Shown: positions 49,491 through 59,039 of the stretch, piece after piece
How positions within the stretch are numbered: position 1 is the stretch's first letter
Layout of the letters: every line of letters begins with the position of its first letter
Origin: Nitrospirota bacterium
Lineage (GTDB): Bacteria > Nitrospirota > Thermodesulfovibrionia > UBA6902
NCBI GenBank assembly: GCA_016213935.1
Contig: JACQZG010000009.1
Coordinates: 647-64,646, forward strand
DNA length: 64,000 nucleotides
Direction of reading: 5' to 3'
Translations under genes and position numbers: made by a program
Notes under the pieces: generated by a model
What the model saw: the letters and a program-made list of their open reading frames with translations, nothing else
Databases searched by the model: none
Told to the model about the DNA's origin: nothing

Positions 49491-50778
49491 ATTGTACACA
49501 TTGAGTATCTTTAATTTAATCAGAGGTAAAAGCTTAAGTGTATTAATCTTTCAAGCTGTCTTTTTCACTATTATATTTCAATTTGATTTCGCTCATGCAA
49601 AAGCTGAGCTGACAGCGGCCGAACCAACGATTTGTTATAAATGCCATAAAGAGCTAAAAGATAATTTATCTGCTAAATATGTCCATTTCCTTTTTAAGCA
49701 GGGGAAGTGCAGTACATGTCATAATCCGCATGTTAGCAAGGATAAAGGCTTGTTAAGGGAGGATATTAATCCGCTGTGCCTTGGTTGCCATGAAAACATT
49801 AAGAATATAATCGCAACTGGACGTCAGCACAGCGCAATCAGAGACGGGGCATGCACTGATTGTCATTTTGCACATAGCAGTAATAATAACAACCTTATGG
49901 TTAAACCGGAAAAGGATCTTTGCTGGAAGTGCCATGAAGAACTAAAGCCTCAGCTTGAGAAAAAATATGCCTGTTCTCCATTCAAGAACGGGGATTGTTC
50001 AGCCTGTCACAATGCCCACGGCTCATCAGAAGACAATCTTTTGCACAGTAATCCTAAAGCGACATGTAAAAAATGTCACAATTCAGTCGGCTGCAAGTCA
50101 GGCAGTGTCTCTATATCAGCTTTAACGAAGGATATGAACTGCATATCCTGTCACTCAGGACATAGTTCCGATTCAAAAGGCATGTTAGGCCCGTATGGCC
50201 ATAAAGTATTTATTAACAAAGAATGCGTCAAATGCCATAAGCCCATAAAAGAGGGTGAGAAAATAACAACTCTTGCTGTTGGAGACGTCTTATGCCTTAA
50301 CTGCCATCGTGAAAAAACAGAGGTGATTGAAGATGATGTTCATGGAAGGGGCGATGCGTATTCTTGTACTTTGTGTCATGACCATCATGCTTCCGAAAAG
50401 AGCAATCTTACCAAGAGTGAATCAAGGCTATGTGTTAAGTGTCATGCTGATACCGAAAAAAGAACTGTCTTTATGGAGAAGGCCCTCAAATCAAAACGTG
50501 AATGCGAGCCTATAAAGAACAGAGAATGTTTTGAGTGCCATGTCCCTAAACATTCGAGGCGGATTTTGAATTTTAAACAGGATGTTTTTGTACTCTGCAA
50601 TGAATGTCATGAAACCGAGCACAAAATAACGCATCCTCTCGGCGCCGATGTAATCGATGTTCGTAACGGTCAGCCAATTACGTGCGTCACATGCCATAGC
50701 ATGCATTCTGCAAAAGCAAGCTATATGCTTACTCATGACGGAAAAAGAACTTTGTGCATTCAGTGCCATAAATATTAG
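49483..50778 (+). CDS. 16-heme periplasmic cytochrome c
   Basis: Signal peptide (AHA), 16 CxxCH counted. Confidence 0.9.
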   Translation: MNRLYTLSIFNLIRGKSLSVLIFQAVFFTIIFQFDFAHAKAELTAAEPTICYKCHKELKDNLSAKYVHFLFKQGKCSTCHNPHVSKDKGLLREDINPLCLGCHENIKNIIATGRQHSAIRDGACTDCHFAHSSNNNNLMVKPEKDLCWKCHEELKPQLEKKYACSPFKNGDCSACHNAHGSSEDNLLHSNPKATCKKCHNSVGCKSGSVSISALTKDMNCISCHSGHSSDSKGMLGPYGHKVFINKECVKCHKPIKEGEKITTLAVGDVLCLNCHREKTEVIEDDVHGRGDAYSCTLCHDHHASEKSNLTKSESRLCVKCHADTEKRTVFMEKALKSKRECEPIKNRECFECHVPKHSRRILNFKQDVFVLCNECHETEHKITHPLGADVIDVRNGQPITCVTCHSMHSAKASYMLTHDGKRTLCIQCHKY

Positions 50779-50906
50779 TTCAAGCATTATCGTACGAGCA
50801 GTTATTATTTGCTGACACCAGATTTAATAAACAGTCTTCGTGAATGCTTTTCCAATATTAACCACGGCATGGTTGTCTTTGGGTAAATAGTTCTTTACTT
50901 CTGTTT

Positions 50907-51926
50907 ATGAAGTTACCGCTCTATAACATAATTTTTTTTTGCGGTTTGATGTTTGTTCTTTATTTGTCCGAGTGCAGCGCTGATATGTCGGGTAAATTCT
51001 GCAGCGATTGTCATACAATGCATAACAGCCAAGCTTCTGAGGTTATGACATTTGATGACAGTTTGACGCCTTACAAGGCATTGCTACGTGGCTCTTGCGA
51101 CGGCTGTCACTCATCTTCCTCTAATTCCGTGTGGATTGACTCGGTTGCCGGGGCCCCTATCGTATATAATACTGTTGAACCTTCATATGCGAACAATGGA
51201 CTTGCCGGCGGCAATTTTTATTACACAAGTACAACCGATGATGATAAAGGCCATAATATTTTTTTGTTAAATCCTGATGATATATTAGGCAATACTCCGC
51301 CTGGAGGGAATAGTCTCGATCAGCAACTCAATTGTTCAGGAACTTACGGTTGTCACGGGCATAACGGCAGGCAGGTCGGAGATGTCGCAATTGAGGATCA
51401 ATTGAGTGCGATTATGGGCGGGCATCACGGGATTAATTCCCCTATGGACGGCAGTGTCACTGAGGTATCAAAAAGTTATCGTTATCTGCTTGGCATAAAG
51501 GGTATGGAGGATTCTGATTGGGAACATGACAATACTGCCACAAGCCATAATGATTCAAGCTCAACCGATTCTATAAGTTTTTTTTGCGCTTAATGCCATG
51601 GTAATTTCCATACATGGACAGGGGGCGAGTCTGAAGTGGGAAGCGCTTCTCCCTGGCTTAGGCATCCGACCGATATGGTTTTGCCGGCTTCCGGGGAATA
51701 CAATTCATATACAAACTATGACCTTTTGGCGCCAGTCGCTCGGGCAGATCCCGATTCTGTTGCCGACACTACGCGTGCTTATCCTGGAACCGACATTGTT
51801 ATGTGTCTTTCATGTCATCGGGCGCACGCCTCTCCTTATTACAAAATGCTCAGGTGGGATTATAAAAGCACAGTTTTATCAACTGCATTATCCGGATGCA
51901 ATGTTTGTCATACGTCAAAAAATTAA
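50907..51926 (+). pseudogene. Third OmcS-like hexaheme cytochrome interrupted by in-frame TAA (51591-51593)
   Basis: ORFs 50907-51593 and 51636-51926 share a frame; DNA reads TGC GCT TAA TGC CAT (C-A-stop-C-H). Confidence 0.8.
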
Positions 51927-51949
51927 CAGGCTTGGTTTATTGTCATAAT

Positions 51950-53230
51950 ATGAAACAGATGCTAAGATTCTTTATTGGTACGATAATAATATATTTTCTT
52001 TTTATTGACACCCAGCCTGCGAACAGCGGGGCATACCTTCAATCTTCACATGGAGATTCAACTTATGGCGTTAAGCGAAACGCTTCAGGCTTTCCTTCAG
52101 GTTATCCGAAAGGACTCTGTGCCCATTGTCATGAACAGCATGCTAATATAGATGGCTCTGAACCTGCTCCATCCGACGGAGGACCTTCTTTGTTTGAGCT
52201 TTTCTCAGATAATCATATTGCACAGACTGAGAATTTTTGTTATCAATGTCATAAAGAATCAGGGTCTTACCAGTCAGGAGGGATGGTCAATAGGAGTTAT
52301 AGCTACAGGGCAGGTGGTTGGACTGCTGACAGCGTGAATGATATACTTGAGTCATTTAATTATGGTTCTCCAGACTCCTCGCATTATCTCGATGATATTG
52401 TAACTTTTATTTCCGGTAAATGGGGTTATACTGCTAATTCCAATCCCTGTACTGCCTGCCATAATCCTCATTCTGCGCAGGGTGATCCGCCTAATATGCC
52501 GAATGGGCCTAAAAATACTTCAACAACTCGAGGCTGGCCTGTTTCAAGGCCGAGCTTGCACAGTAAGGATAATAATACTTGGGGGCTATGGGGCGATGTA
52601 TCCGGCGAAAGGATGAGCATTTTTACATATCAGGCGCCTTACAGGTTTAACTCTTCAACCAATTACGAACCTGATGGCTCGACAACTGTATATGACGGTT
52701 CTAATCTTACTGATTTTGTGTCATTTTGCACAGACTGCCATAATGATTCCAACACAATATACAGCACCCCACTTTTTAGAGATAGTAATAAGTTTAACTG
52801 GAATACTGAACAGCATGGAGGGGGCGTTGCAAGTTATGGATGCTCTGATATTTTGCCGCCATATCAAGAAGCGCAATGCGGGTCATATGTGCTTTCATGC
52901 ACAGACTGCCATGAACCTCACGGCTCTCCAAACATCTTTTTGATACGGAAAGAAGTAAATGGAGACGAAGTTACGGTAGATGCCGGTAATGCTCCAGGGC
53001 CTGATGAGAGGGAAAATACAGAATGGATATTTCTTTGCAGCAGATGTCATGATGGATTAAGCATTCCTGACGGCAGGCATACCCATCCGTTTTTTGTTCC
53101 GCCGCAGGTTTCCGGCTGTTCTTCATTGCAATGTCATGAGGCTGGGGATTATTACAGGGTGTGTACCGAATGCCATAATCATGGCAATCAGGATATCGAC
53201 GGAACGCCGTTTGGCGAGCCTTTATTATAA
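51950..53230 (+). CDS. Secreted multiheme cytochrome c (7 CxxCH + 1 CX4CH)
   Basis: Signal peptide; CAHCH, CYQCH, CTACH, CTDCH x2, CSRCH, CSSLQCH, CTECH. Confidence 0.85.
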   Translation: MKQMLRFFIGTIIIYFLFIDTQPANSGAYLQSSHGDSTYGVKRNASGFPSGYPKGLCAHCHEQHANIDGSEPAPSDGGPSLFELFSDNHIAQTENFCYQCHKESGSYQSGGMVNRSYSYRAGGWTADSVNDILESFNYGSPDSSHYLDDIVTFISGKWGYTANSNPCTACHNPHSAQGDPPNMPNGPKNTSTTRGWPVSRPSLHSKDNNTWGLWGDVSGERMSIFTYQAPYRFNSSTNYEPDGSTTVYDGSNLTDFVSFCTDCHNDSNTIYSTPLFRDSNKFNWNTEQHGGGVASYGCSDILPPYQEAQCGSYVLSCTDCHEPHGSPNIFLIRKEVNGDEVTVDAGNAPGPDERENTEWIFLCSRCHDGLSIPDGRHTHPFFVPPQVSGCSSLQCHEAGDYYRVCTECHNHGNQDIDGTPFGEPLL

Positions 53231-53248
53231 ATCTTTGGAGACAACAAA

Positions 53249-53500
53249 GTGAAAAATTTTTTTACAGCATCTGTGTTTGTTTTATTTTTGGTATTCTGCA
53301 TAACTACATATCCTGCAGCGGATGCTTTAAAGTCATCTGCAGAGATTGAGCAGGAGATAAAAATTAAAATGAACGCACATATTGAAAAAGTAAAACATAA
53401 AAACCCTGAAAAAATTCAGTCTTTGATGCAAAAGACCGGCAATAAAATAACAGGATGTTTAAGCTGCCATGATGACCTCCTTGGCAACAAAAACAAATAG
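53249..53500 (+). CDS. Small secreted monoheme cytochrome c
   Basis: GGAG RBS, GTG start, signal peptide, C-terminal CLSCH. Confidence 0.65.
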   Translation: MKNFFTASVFVLFLVFCITTYPAADALKSSAEIEQEIKIKMNAHIEKVKHKNPEKIQSLMQKTGNKITGCLSCHDDLLGNKNK

Positions 53501-53621
53501 CTTCAACATCTTCTGCCTTAAATTGCAGTTTATATATGTGCGATAACTCATATTACTGCGTGAAATTGCACAATTAATCTGTTTTTTAGGTCAAAATTGA
53601 TAGAAAAATAAGCATGTTGCC

Positions 53622-53637
53622 TGGCATATGTTTTGCT
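53622..53637 (+). promoter_or_regulatory. Sigma54 (-24/-12) promoter
   Basis: TGGCATATGTTTTGCT, GG-N10-GC, just upstream of ATG 53660. Confidence 0.75.
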
Positions 53638-53659
53638 ATAGTATTTATAGGCAAATACT

Positions 53660-54043
53660 ATGGCAATGAGTAATAACAAAAAAATTTTAGTTGCTGAAGA
53701 CGAAGAGCTTATCGGTTGGTCGTTAAGAAAGTTTTTTGAGTCTGACGGGTATAGAGTTGATATGGTTCACAGCGGCATTGACGCGCTTAACAGGATTAGA
53801 AATAATGAATATGATATCGTTGTTACAGACCTTTTCATGCCTGGTATGAGCGGGATGGAGGTTCTCTCCAAAATGAAGCAGGACGGCATAACGACCCCTG
53901 TTATAGTGACCTCGGCTTATTTTTCAGAAAAAATCATGTCTGATGTGCTTGATGGGGGAGCTTTCAGATGTATAAATAAGCCATTTAAGCTCGAAGACGT
54001 TCTTGTTGCAATAAAAGATGCTGAAAGAGTAAGCATCAGGTGA
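53660..54043 (+). CDS. Single-domain response regulator
   Basis: ILVAEDE, VTDLFMPGMSG, INKPF. Confidence 0.9.
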   Translation: MAMSNNKKILVAEDEELIGWSLRKFFESDGYRVDMVHSGIDALNRIRNNEYDIVVTDLFMPGMSGMEVLSKMKQDGITTPVIVTSAYFSEKIMSDVLDGGAFRCINKPFKLEDVLVAIKDAERVSIR

Positions 54044-54165
54044 ACCGACAGGCCTTTTAATCTAAAAGGCTTCTCATCTATATTAGTTAATCATCATTAT
54101 AAGCATTGCTTATAAAAGATTAATTTCTTTTTAATTCACTTTCTTCCTCTTACCGTGTAACATTA

Positions 54166-55068
54166 ATGGATTTATTTTGGCTTAGCATAATGAATATTAT
54201 ATTTCTTCCCTTAATAGGGTTGATAATGGGAACAGCATTTGCCAACGAAATTCCGAAAGAAACTAATATTCACTTCGCAGGTAAATATTGTGAAGAGTGT
54301 CATTCTCAAACGCCGGAAAAAGGCAAAGATAAATACTTGAAATATGGAAACGATTATGGTCGAACTTGCCGGTGCCATGAATATACCCCAGGGACATACA
54401 TTCACCCGGTTTTTATAAAACTTTCTGATGAGAAAAAGTCCAAGATACCCGATAATTTTCCTTTGGACAACGGAGAAATAACATGTCTGACATGTCATGA
54501 TATATATCTTCAGTGTCAGGACAGAGTTGTTTTAAAACTTTTCAACAGGCTTTTTCTAAGGGGAGGTCCTTACTTGCAGAGGACAGACATATGCTTTAAT
54601 TGTCATAATCGAAGCGAATATGCCAAACTTAATCCGCACAATCAGCTTGATGAGTATGGGAATATAATAGGCGAAAAATGCCTCTATTGTCATACGGAAA
54701 AGCCCGATGAGAAGCTGGATGCATATAAGGAAACATCTTCCGGCCATCAAGTCAAGCTTATTGGAAACTTTGATGCATTGTGTCTCAGATGTCATCCTGA
54801 AAAAGGAAGATTTCATCCGATAAACGCTGATCATCTTAGGAGACCTTCTGCGGTAACTTTGTCCAATATTAAAGAGGCGGAAAAGAAATACAATGTTATT
54901 CTCCCATTAAATGACAAGGGCGAAATCACATGCGCAACTTGTCATAATCCTCATGAAAAGGGCGTGTTGCCTCGCAAAAAGGCCTCTGCCTCAGGTGCAA
55001 GTGAGAAATACAGGCTTCGATTATCCGGCATGACTGGTGAGATATGCAGGGCATGCCATAAAAAATAA
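54166..55068 (+). CDS. Periplasmic multiheme cytochrome c (7 CxxCH + 1 CxCH)
   Basis: Signal peptide (AFA); CEECH, CRCH, CLTCH, CFNCH, CLYCH, CLRCH, CATCH, CRACH. Confidence 0.85.
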   Translation: MDLFWLSIMNIIFLPLIGLIMGTAFANEIPKETNIHFAGKYCEECHSQTPEKGKDKYLKYGNDYGRTCRCHEYTPGTYIHPVFIKLSDEKKSKIPDNFPLDNGEITCLTCHDIYLQCQDRVVLKLFNRLFLRGGPYLQRTDICFNCHNRSEYAKLNPHNQLDEYGNIIGEKCLYCHTEKPDEKLDAYKETSSGHQVKLIGNFDALCLRCHPEKGRFHPINADHLRRPSAVTLSNIKEAEKKYNVILPLNDKGEITCATCHNPHEKGVLPRKKASASGASEKYRLRLSGMTGEICRACHKK

Positions 55069-55084
55069 TATAGGGGGTGGAAAT

Positions 55085-56161
55085 TTGAAGCATATTAATC
55101 ATGTGAGAATCACGTTATATTTCAGTCTCCTCTTCTTTGTTGCGGTGGCAGCATTTGCAACATCTGCTTATGCAGCAGACAAAGAAAACTGTTTAATGTG
55201 CCATAAGTATCGTTTTCTCGGCAGAATCGATGAACACGGTAAAAAAAGAAATTATAATGTTGATGAAAATATTTTCAACAATACGGTTCATCGAAATGTA
55301 CCGTGCAGGGATTGCCACACTCAAATCGCCAACCTCCCGCACGATCCGATAACGGAGGAAGTTAACTGCGGAAATGAATGTCATATTAAGCCGCCCTTCT
55401 CGACTGAAAATTTCTCGCATAAAAAAATAATCCAGATTTACAACAAAAGTGTTCACGGCATAAAAGCAGATGACCCCGAGGATTTGAAGGCGGCAAAGCC
55501 ATATTGTAAATACTGCCATTTAAACCCTATTTTTACGAAAGTGGAGGAAGAAAGGGTAGCAAGTTCAACACTACGGAGATGCTTGAACTGCCATGAAGAG
55601 AAAGGGGTTTCCCAGGCTTATAAGCATATAACGCACCGTCTCCGGCATAAAACATCTCGTTCAAGGCAGGAGATTGTCAAGCTATGTTCGTATAATTGTC
55701 ATGAGAATACCGCATTAATGGCAAGATTTAATGTTTCCCAAGAGAGCCTTGAGTCTGTCGAAACCTATAAGCGATCTATACATGGAAAGGCTGTTGCGTT
55801 AGGTTCTGAGGAGACAGCTGACTGTGTGAGCTGCCACGCGACCAGCAGTATACATGATGTTTACAAGAAGGATGAGATGATGTCAACAGTAAATGAAAGA
55901 AACCTCAAAAGGACGTGTGAGCAGTGCCACAGGGATGTTAGTGATGAGTTTATAAAAATAGATGTTCATTCCGGGATTACCCATGATGAAAAGCCGTTCC
56001 TGCATTTTCTCGAAGTTATGCTTGGTTTTGTTCTGTACGGAACAATATTCAGCTTATTGGGCCTTGCCGTTCTTGAGACGATTGGAAGAAAGAAGGATGG
56101 GATCAAGTGGCAGATTAGAGAGGGCACTACCTGGCGCGGAATATCAAAAAGAGGATTTTAG
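55085..56161 (+). CDS. CbcA-like multiheme cytochrome with C-terminal membrane anchor (6 CxxCH + 2 CX3CH)
   Basis: TTG start after GGGGGTGG, signal peptide, heme motifs, C-terminal TM; precedes cytochrome b. Confidence 0.8.
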   Translation: MKHINHVRITLYFSLLFFVAVAAFATSAYAADKENCLMCHKYRFLGRIDEHGKKRNYNVDENIFNNTVHRNVPCRDCHTQIANLPHDPITEEVNCGNECHIKPPFSTENFSHKKIIQIYNKSVHGIKADDPEDLKAAKPYCKYCHLNPIFTKVEEERVASSTLRRCLNCHEEKGVSQAYKHITHRLRHKTSRSRQEIVKLCSYNCHENTALMARFNVSQESLESVETYKRSIHGKAVALGSEETADCVSCHATSSIHDVYKKDEMMSTVNERNLKRTCEQCHRDVSDEFIKIDVHSGITHDEKPFLHFLEVMLGFVLYGTIFSLLGLAVLETIGRKKDGIKWQIREGTTWRGISKRGF

Positions 56162-56186
56162 ATTATAAATCTTACATGGAGGTAAC

Positions 56187-57077
56187 ATGGCAACTTCGTC
56201 TGAAACATTAGTAACCACTGCCGGGAATGCACAGGCGGACAGCGATTATATGCATTATGTCGAGGGAGTCGGTCATGTCCCGAGGGATATTTACAAACAT
56301 GTGCTTTCAGACCCTCTCGGTGACTTGCCTCGGTATTCGATTCATATCGTCATCCAGCACTTTCTTATTTTTATAACATTCATCACTCTCGCGGCTACCG
56401 GCCTCCCTCTTCATTTCGGTGACCTGTTCTGGGCGCCGATAATTCTGGCTCCATTAGGCGGCCCTGATTCCGCACGAATTATACACAGGATTTCTGCAGG
56501 GATAATGATAGTGGCTGCTCTCTATCATTTCATCACTATCGCAATCGGGACTTACAGTAAGCTTAAAAAGCACAAATTTAACCTGTTACATAGTCAGATT
56601 CCGACATTGAAGGATTTAAATGACATTAAGCATGATATCAGGTATTTTCTTGGCAAGGAGCAGTACCGCCCCAAGATGGGCAAGTTCATGTATAAACAGA
56701 AGCTGCATTACCTGGCCATAATATGGGGTACATTTGTAATGATAGTTGCAGGGTCAACGCTTTTGTTTCCTGAGGCCATGGCTAAGTTTTGGCCAAATCC
56801 TGAATTTGCCCAGGATCTCGCAAGGCTTATGCACGCGGATGAGGCAATTATGGCTTCAGCTGTGGTTGTATTTTGGCATTGGTCCAATGTGCACTTGGTG
56901 CCCGGCAGATTTCCGCTTCAGTGGACTTTTTTGACAGGCAGAATCACTCGCGAACATCAGATAGAAGAGCATTTTCTTGAATATATCGATAAGCTAAAAG
57001 ATGACCCGAAAGAAAAGGAATATTTAATAAGCGTATTGAAAGAAAAAGGATACAAAACAGAAGGGGGTGAGGTTTAA
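56187..57077 (+). CDS. CbcB/FdnI-like diheme cytochrome b (quinone-interacting)
   Basis: 4 TMs with His ligands: IQHFL..TGLP, IHRIS, K.HYLA..WG, MHADEA, WHWSNVH, EEH. Confidence 0.85.
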   Translation: MATSSETLVTTAGNAQADSDYMHYVEGVGHVPRDIYKHVLSDPLGDLPRYSIHIVIQHFLIFITFITLAATGLPLHFGDLFWAPIILAPLGGPDSARIIHRISAGIMIVAALYHFITIAIGTYSKLKKHKFNLLHSQIPTLKDLNDIKHDIRYFLGKEQYRPKMGKFMYKQKLHYLAIIWGTFVMIVAGSTLLFPEAMAKFWPNPEFAQDLARLMHADEAIMASAVVVFWHWSNVHLVPGRFPLQWTFLTGRITREHQIEEHFLEYIDKLKDDPKEKEYLISVLKEKGYKTEGGEV

Positions 57078-57911
57078 TTGTCCGGGAGACCTAAAAGGCT
57101 TAATCATCCAAAAAGTGTTTATGTTGTGGGTTTAGTTTTTAAAATTATAACCCTTACGGTTATCATTGCGGTTTTATATCATCTGACCTTGTCGCATCAT
57201 GGCCCAAACCTTCTGACTCCTTTAAAAACAAAGATCGAGGAAAAGCAGAAGTCGGAAATTATGGAAGAAGTACAACATCTTGAAGAACTCGAAGTCCACA
57301 GGCATTTTCATAATATAGCCCCATTTCCGGAGATGCCTGAAAACCTGAGGCCGGTCTGTTTTATATGCCATTCAGATTACCCTCACAGCAAGAGTAAAAA
57401 GGTCAGGGCGATGTTAAATATGCACACCCAATTTTTCACATGTGAGGCGTGCCATTTAGAAGAAGACCCCGGTCTTAAGGTTGTTTTCAACTGGTATAAT
57501 CCACAGGATGAAAATCCTAAAGGGCCTTTTTTCGGCACGGATTATGACTCTGAAACAGGCAATCTCATAACTGTCACGGATAAATTATCAAAGATATCAG
57601 TTTTTTATAAAAAAGGTGATAAATTAGAATCTACGATTCAGATGCAGGATGCCCCGATCGCGATCGATTACATGAAAATCAGGGATAAACTTACTCCTGA
57701 CCAGCGCGATAATGTCAAAAAGAAATTTCATGTAAGGATCAAACCCAAGGGTCATGAATGCAAAAAATGCCACGACAGAAACAGTATTCTTGATTTTAGG
57801 AAACTCAGCTTTTCAGACAACAGAAGGGTTGACCTTGAGCAATTGAATATCACAGGTATGATTACGAAGTATGAAATGTTTTACCTGCCTAACCTTTTTC
57901 AGGGTGAGTAA
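57078..57911 (+). CDS. Membrane-anchored triheme cytochrome c
   Basis: N-terminal TM; CFICH, CEACH, CKKCH. Confidence 0.8.
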   Translation: MSGRPKRLNHPKSVYVVGLVFKIITLTVIIAVLYHLTLSHHGPNLLTPLKTKIEEKQKSEIMEEVQHLEELEVHRHFHNIAPFPEMPENLRPVCFICHSDYPHSKSKKVRAMLNMHTQFFTCEACHLEEDPGLKVVFNWYNPQDENPKGPFFGTDYDSETGNLITVTDKLSKISVFYKKGDKLESTIQMQDAPIAIDYMKIRDKLTPDQRDNVKKKFHVRIKPKGHECKKCHDRNSILDFRKLSFSDNRRVDLEQLNITGMITKYEMFYLPNLFQGE

Positions 57912-57979
57912 GAGATTTACAGGGAATATTTAAAGTTCCCTGCAGTCAAGAACTTATTTTGTCGACACCTTTAATGCCT

Positions 57980-58001
57980 CCCCCTTCGCATGCGAAGGGG
58001 G
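57980..58001 (+). terminator. GC-rich palindrome, probable terminator or mRNA-stabilising hairpin
   Basis: CCCCCTTCGCATGCGAAGGGGG perfect palindrome followed by a T-rich stretch. Confidence 0.6.
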
Positions 58002-58084
58002 GGTGTTTCTTCCATTGGTTTTTATAATACTGGCTTTATGTTCCTGATTTCTTATTAGGTAGTTACTCTTAGGGAGATTTTCAT

Positions 58085-59005
58085 TTGAGAAACTGTATTA
58101 AGTTTTTATTTTTTATATTCTGTTTGATTGCTGTCAGTTATAACAATGCATTTTCACTGGACTGTGTTAATGCCAGGTTCCTTTTTGACATAAAAGGCGA
58201 TATTGATCAGCCAAGCGATGTTTCCGTAAGCCAGAATGGAGACATCTATTTTGTTGATGGCGTAAATAACCGTATAGTAGCCGTTGATAATTTGGGCCGC
58301 TTTAAATTTACATTTGGCAAGAGGGGATCAGGAAAAGGCGAATTCGACTTGCCTCTGGGTATTGATATTTCTTCTGATGATAAAATTTATATTGCCGATA
58401 CAGGCAATAAGAGGATACAGGTATTTGACCTGGAAGGTAATATATTGACTATGTTCAGCACCGTCCTTGAATCTGACAGAAACACTTCAGAACCTGTAGA
58501 TGTCCTTGTGTCAAAATTTAAGGACTACCTTTATGTTTCTGATAATAATAATCATGAAATTAAGGTGTATGACAGAGGAGGAAGGTTTAAACTTAAATGG
58601 GGAAAATTCGGTGAGGGATACGGCGAGTTCAGATATCCTGCCACCATGTCTGCCAATTCCCTTTCAGAGGTTTTTATTGCGGATGTTATAAATACCAGGG
58701 TTCAAAGGTTTTCTCCCATGGGCGATCACATTAATGATATTGGCGTATGGGGGGTTCACCCGGGTGATTTTTTCAGGCCTAAAGGCGTTTCTGTTTCGAA
58801 AGACGGCTGGGTATTCGTGAGTGACAGCTATATGGGGGTCGTACAGGTCTTTTCATCGGCAGGCAAGTTTGACGGAGTCATATGTGAAAACAATAAAAAG
58901 AAAGTGTTCCGAACTCCGGTAGGCGTTTTTGTAGACAAGGACAGCAGACTCCTCGTTGTTGAAATGAGGGCAAATAAAATTACTGTCCTCAAAATATTGC
59001 AATGA
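58085..59005 (+). CDS. NHL-repeat six-bladed beta-propeller
   Basis: Signal peptide; FGKRGSGKGEFDLPLGI, IYIADTGNKRIQVFD repeats. Confidence 0.88.
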   Translation: MRNCIKFLFFIFCLIAVSYNNAFSLDCVNARFLFDIKGDIDQPSDVSVSQNGDIYFVDGVNNRIVAVDNLGRFKFTFGKRGSGKGEFDLPLGIDISSDDKIYIADTGNKRIQVFDLEGNILTMFSTVLESDRNTSEPVDVLVSKFKDYLYVSDNNNHEIKVYDRGGRFKLKWGKFGEGYGEFRYPATMSANSLSEVFIADVINTRVQRFSPMGDHINDIGVWGVHPGDFFRPKGVSVSKDGWVFVSDSYMGVVQVFSSAGKFDGVICENNKKKVFRTPVGVFVDKDSRLLVVEMRANKITVLKILQ

Positions 59006-59039
59006 CCTTTCATTTCCTAAGCAACATATTGATTATATT

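Noticed and set aside
51591..51593. Selenocysteine or pyrrolysine recoding
   Set aside because: The codon is TAA, not TGA or TAG, and it falls at a variable x position of CxxCH
51598..51948. 116-aa ORF as a separate gene or frameshift product
   Set aside because: Off-frame overlap of the interrupted OmcS-like gene, whose two halves are already in one frame
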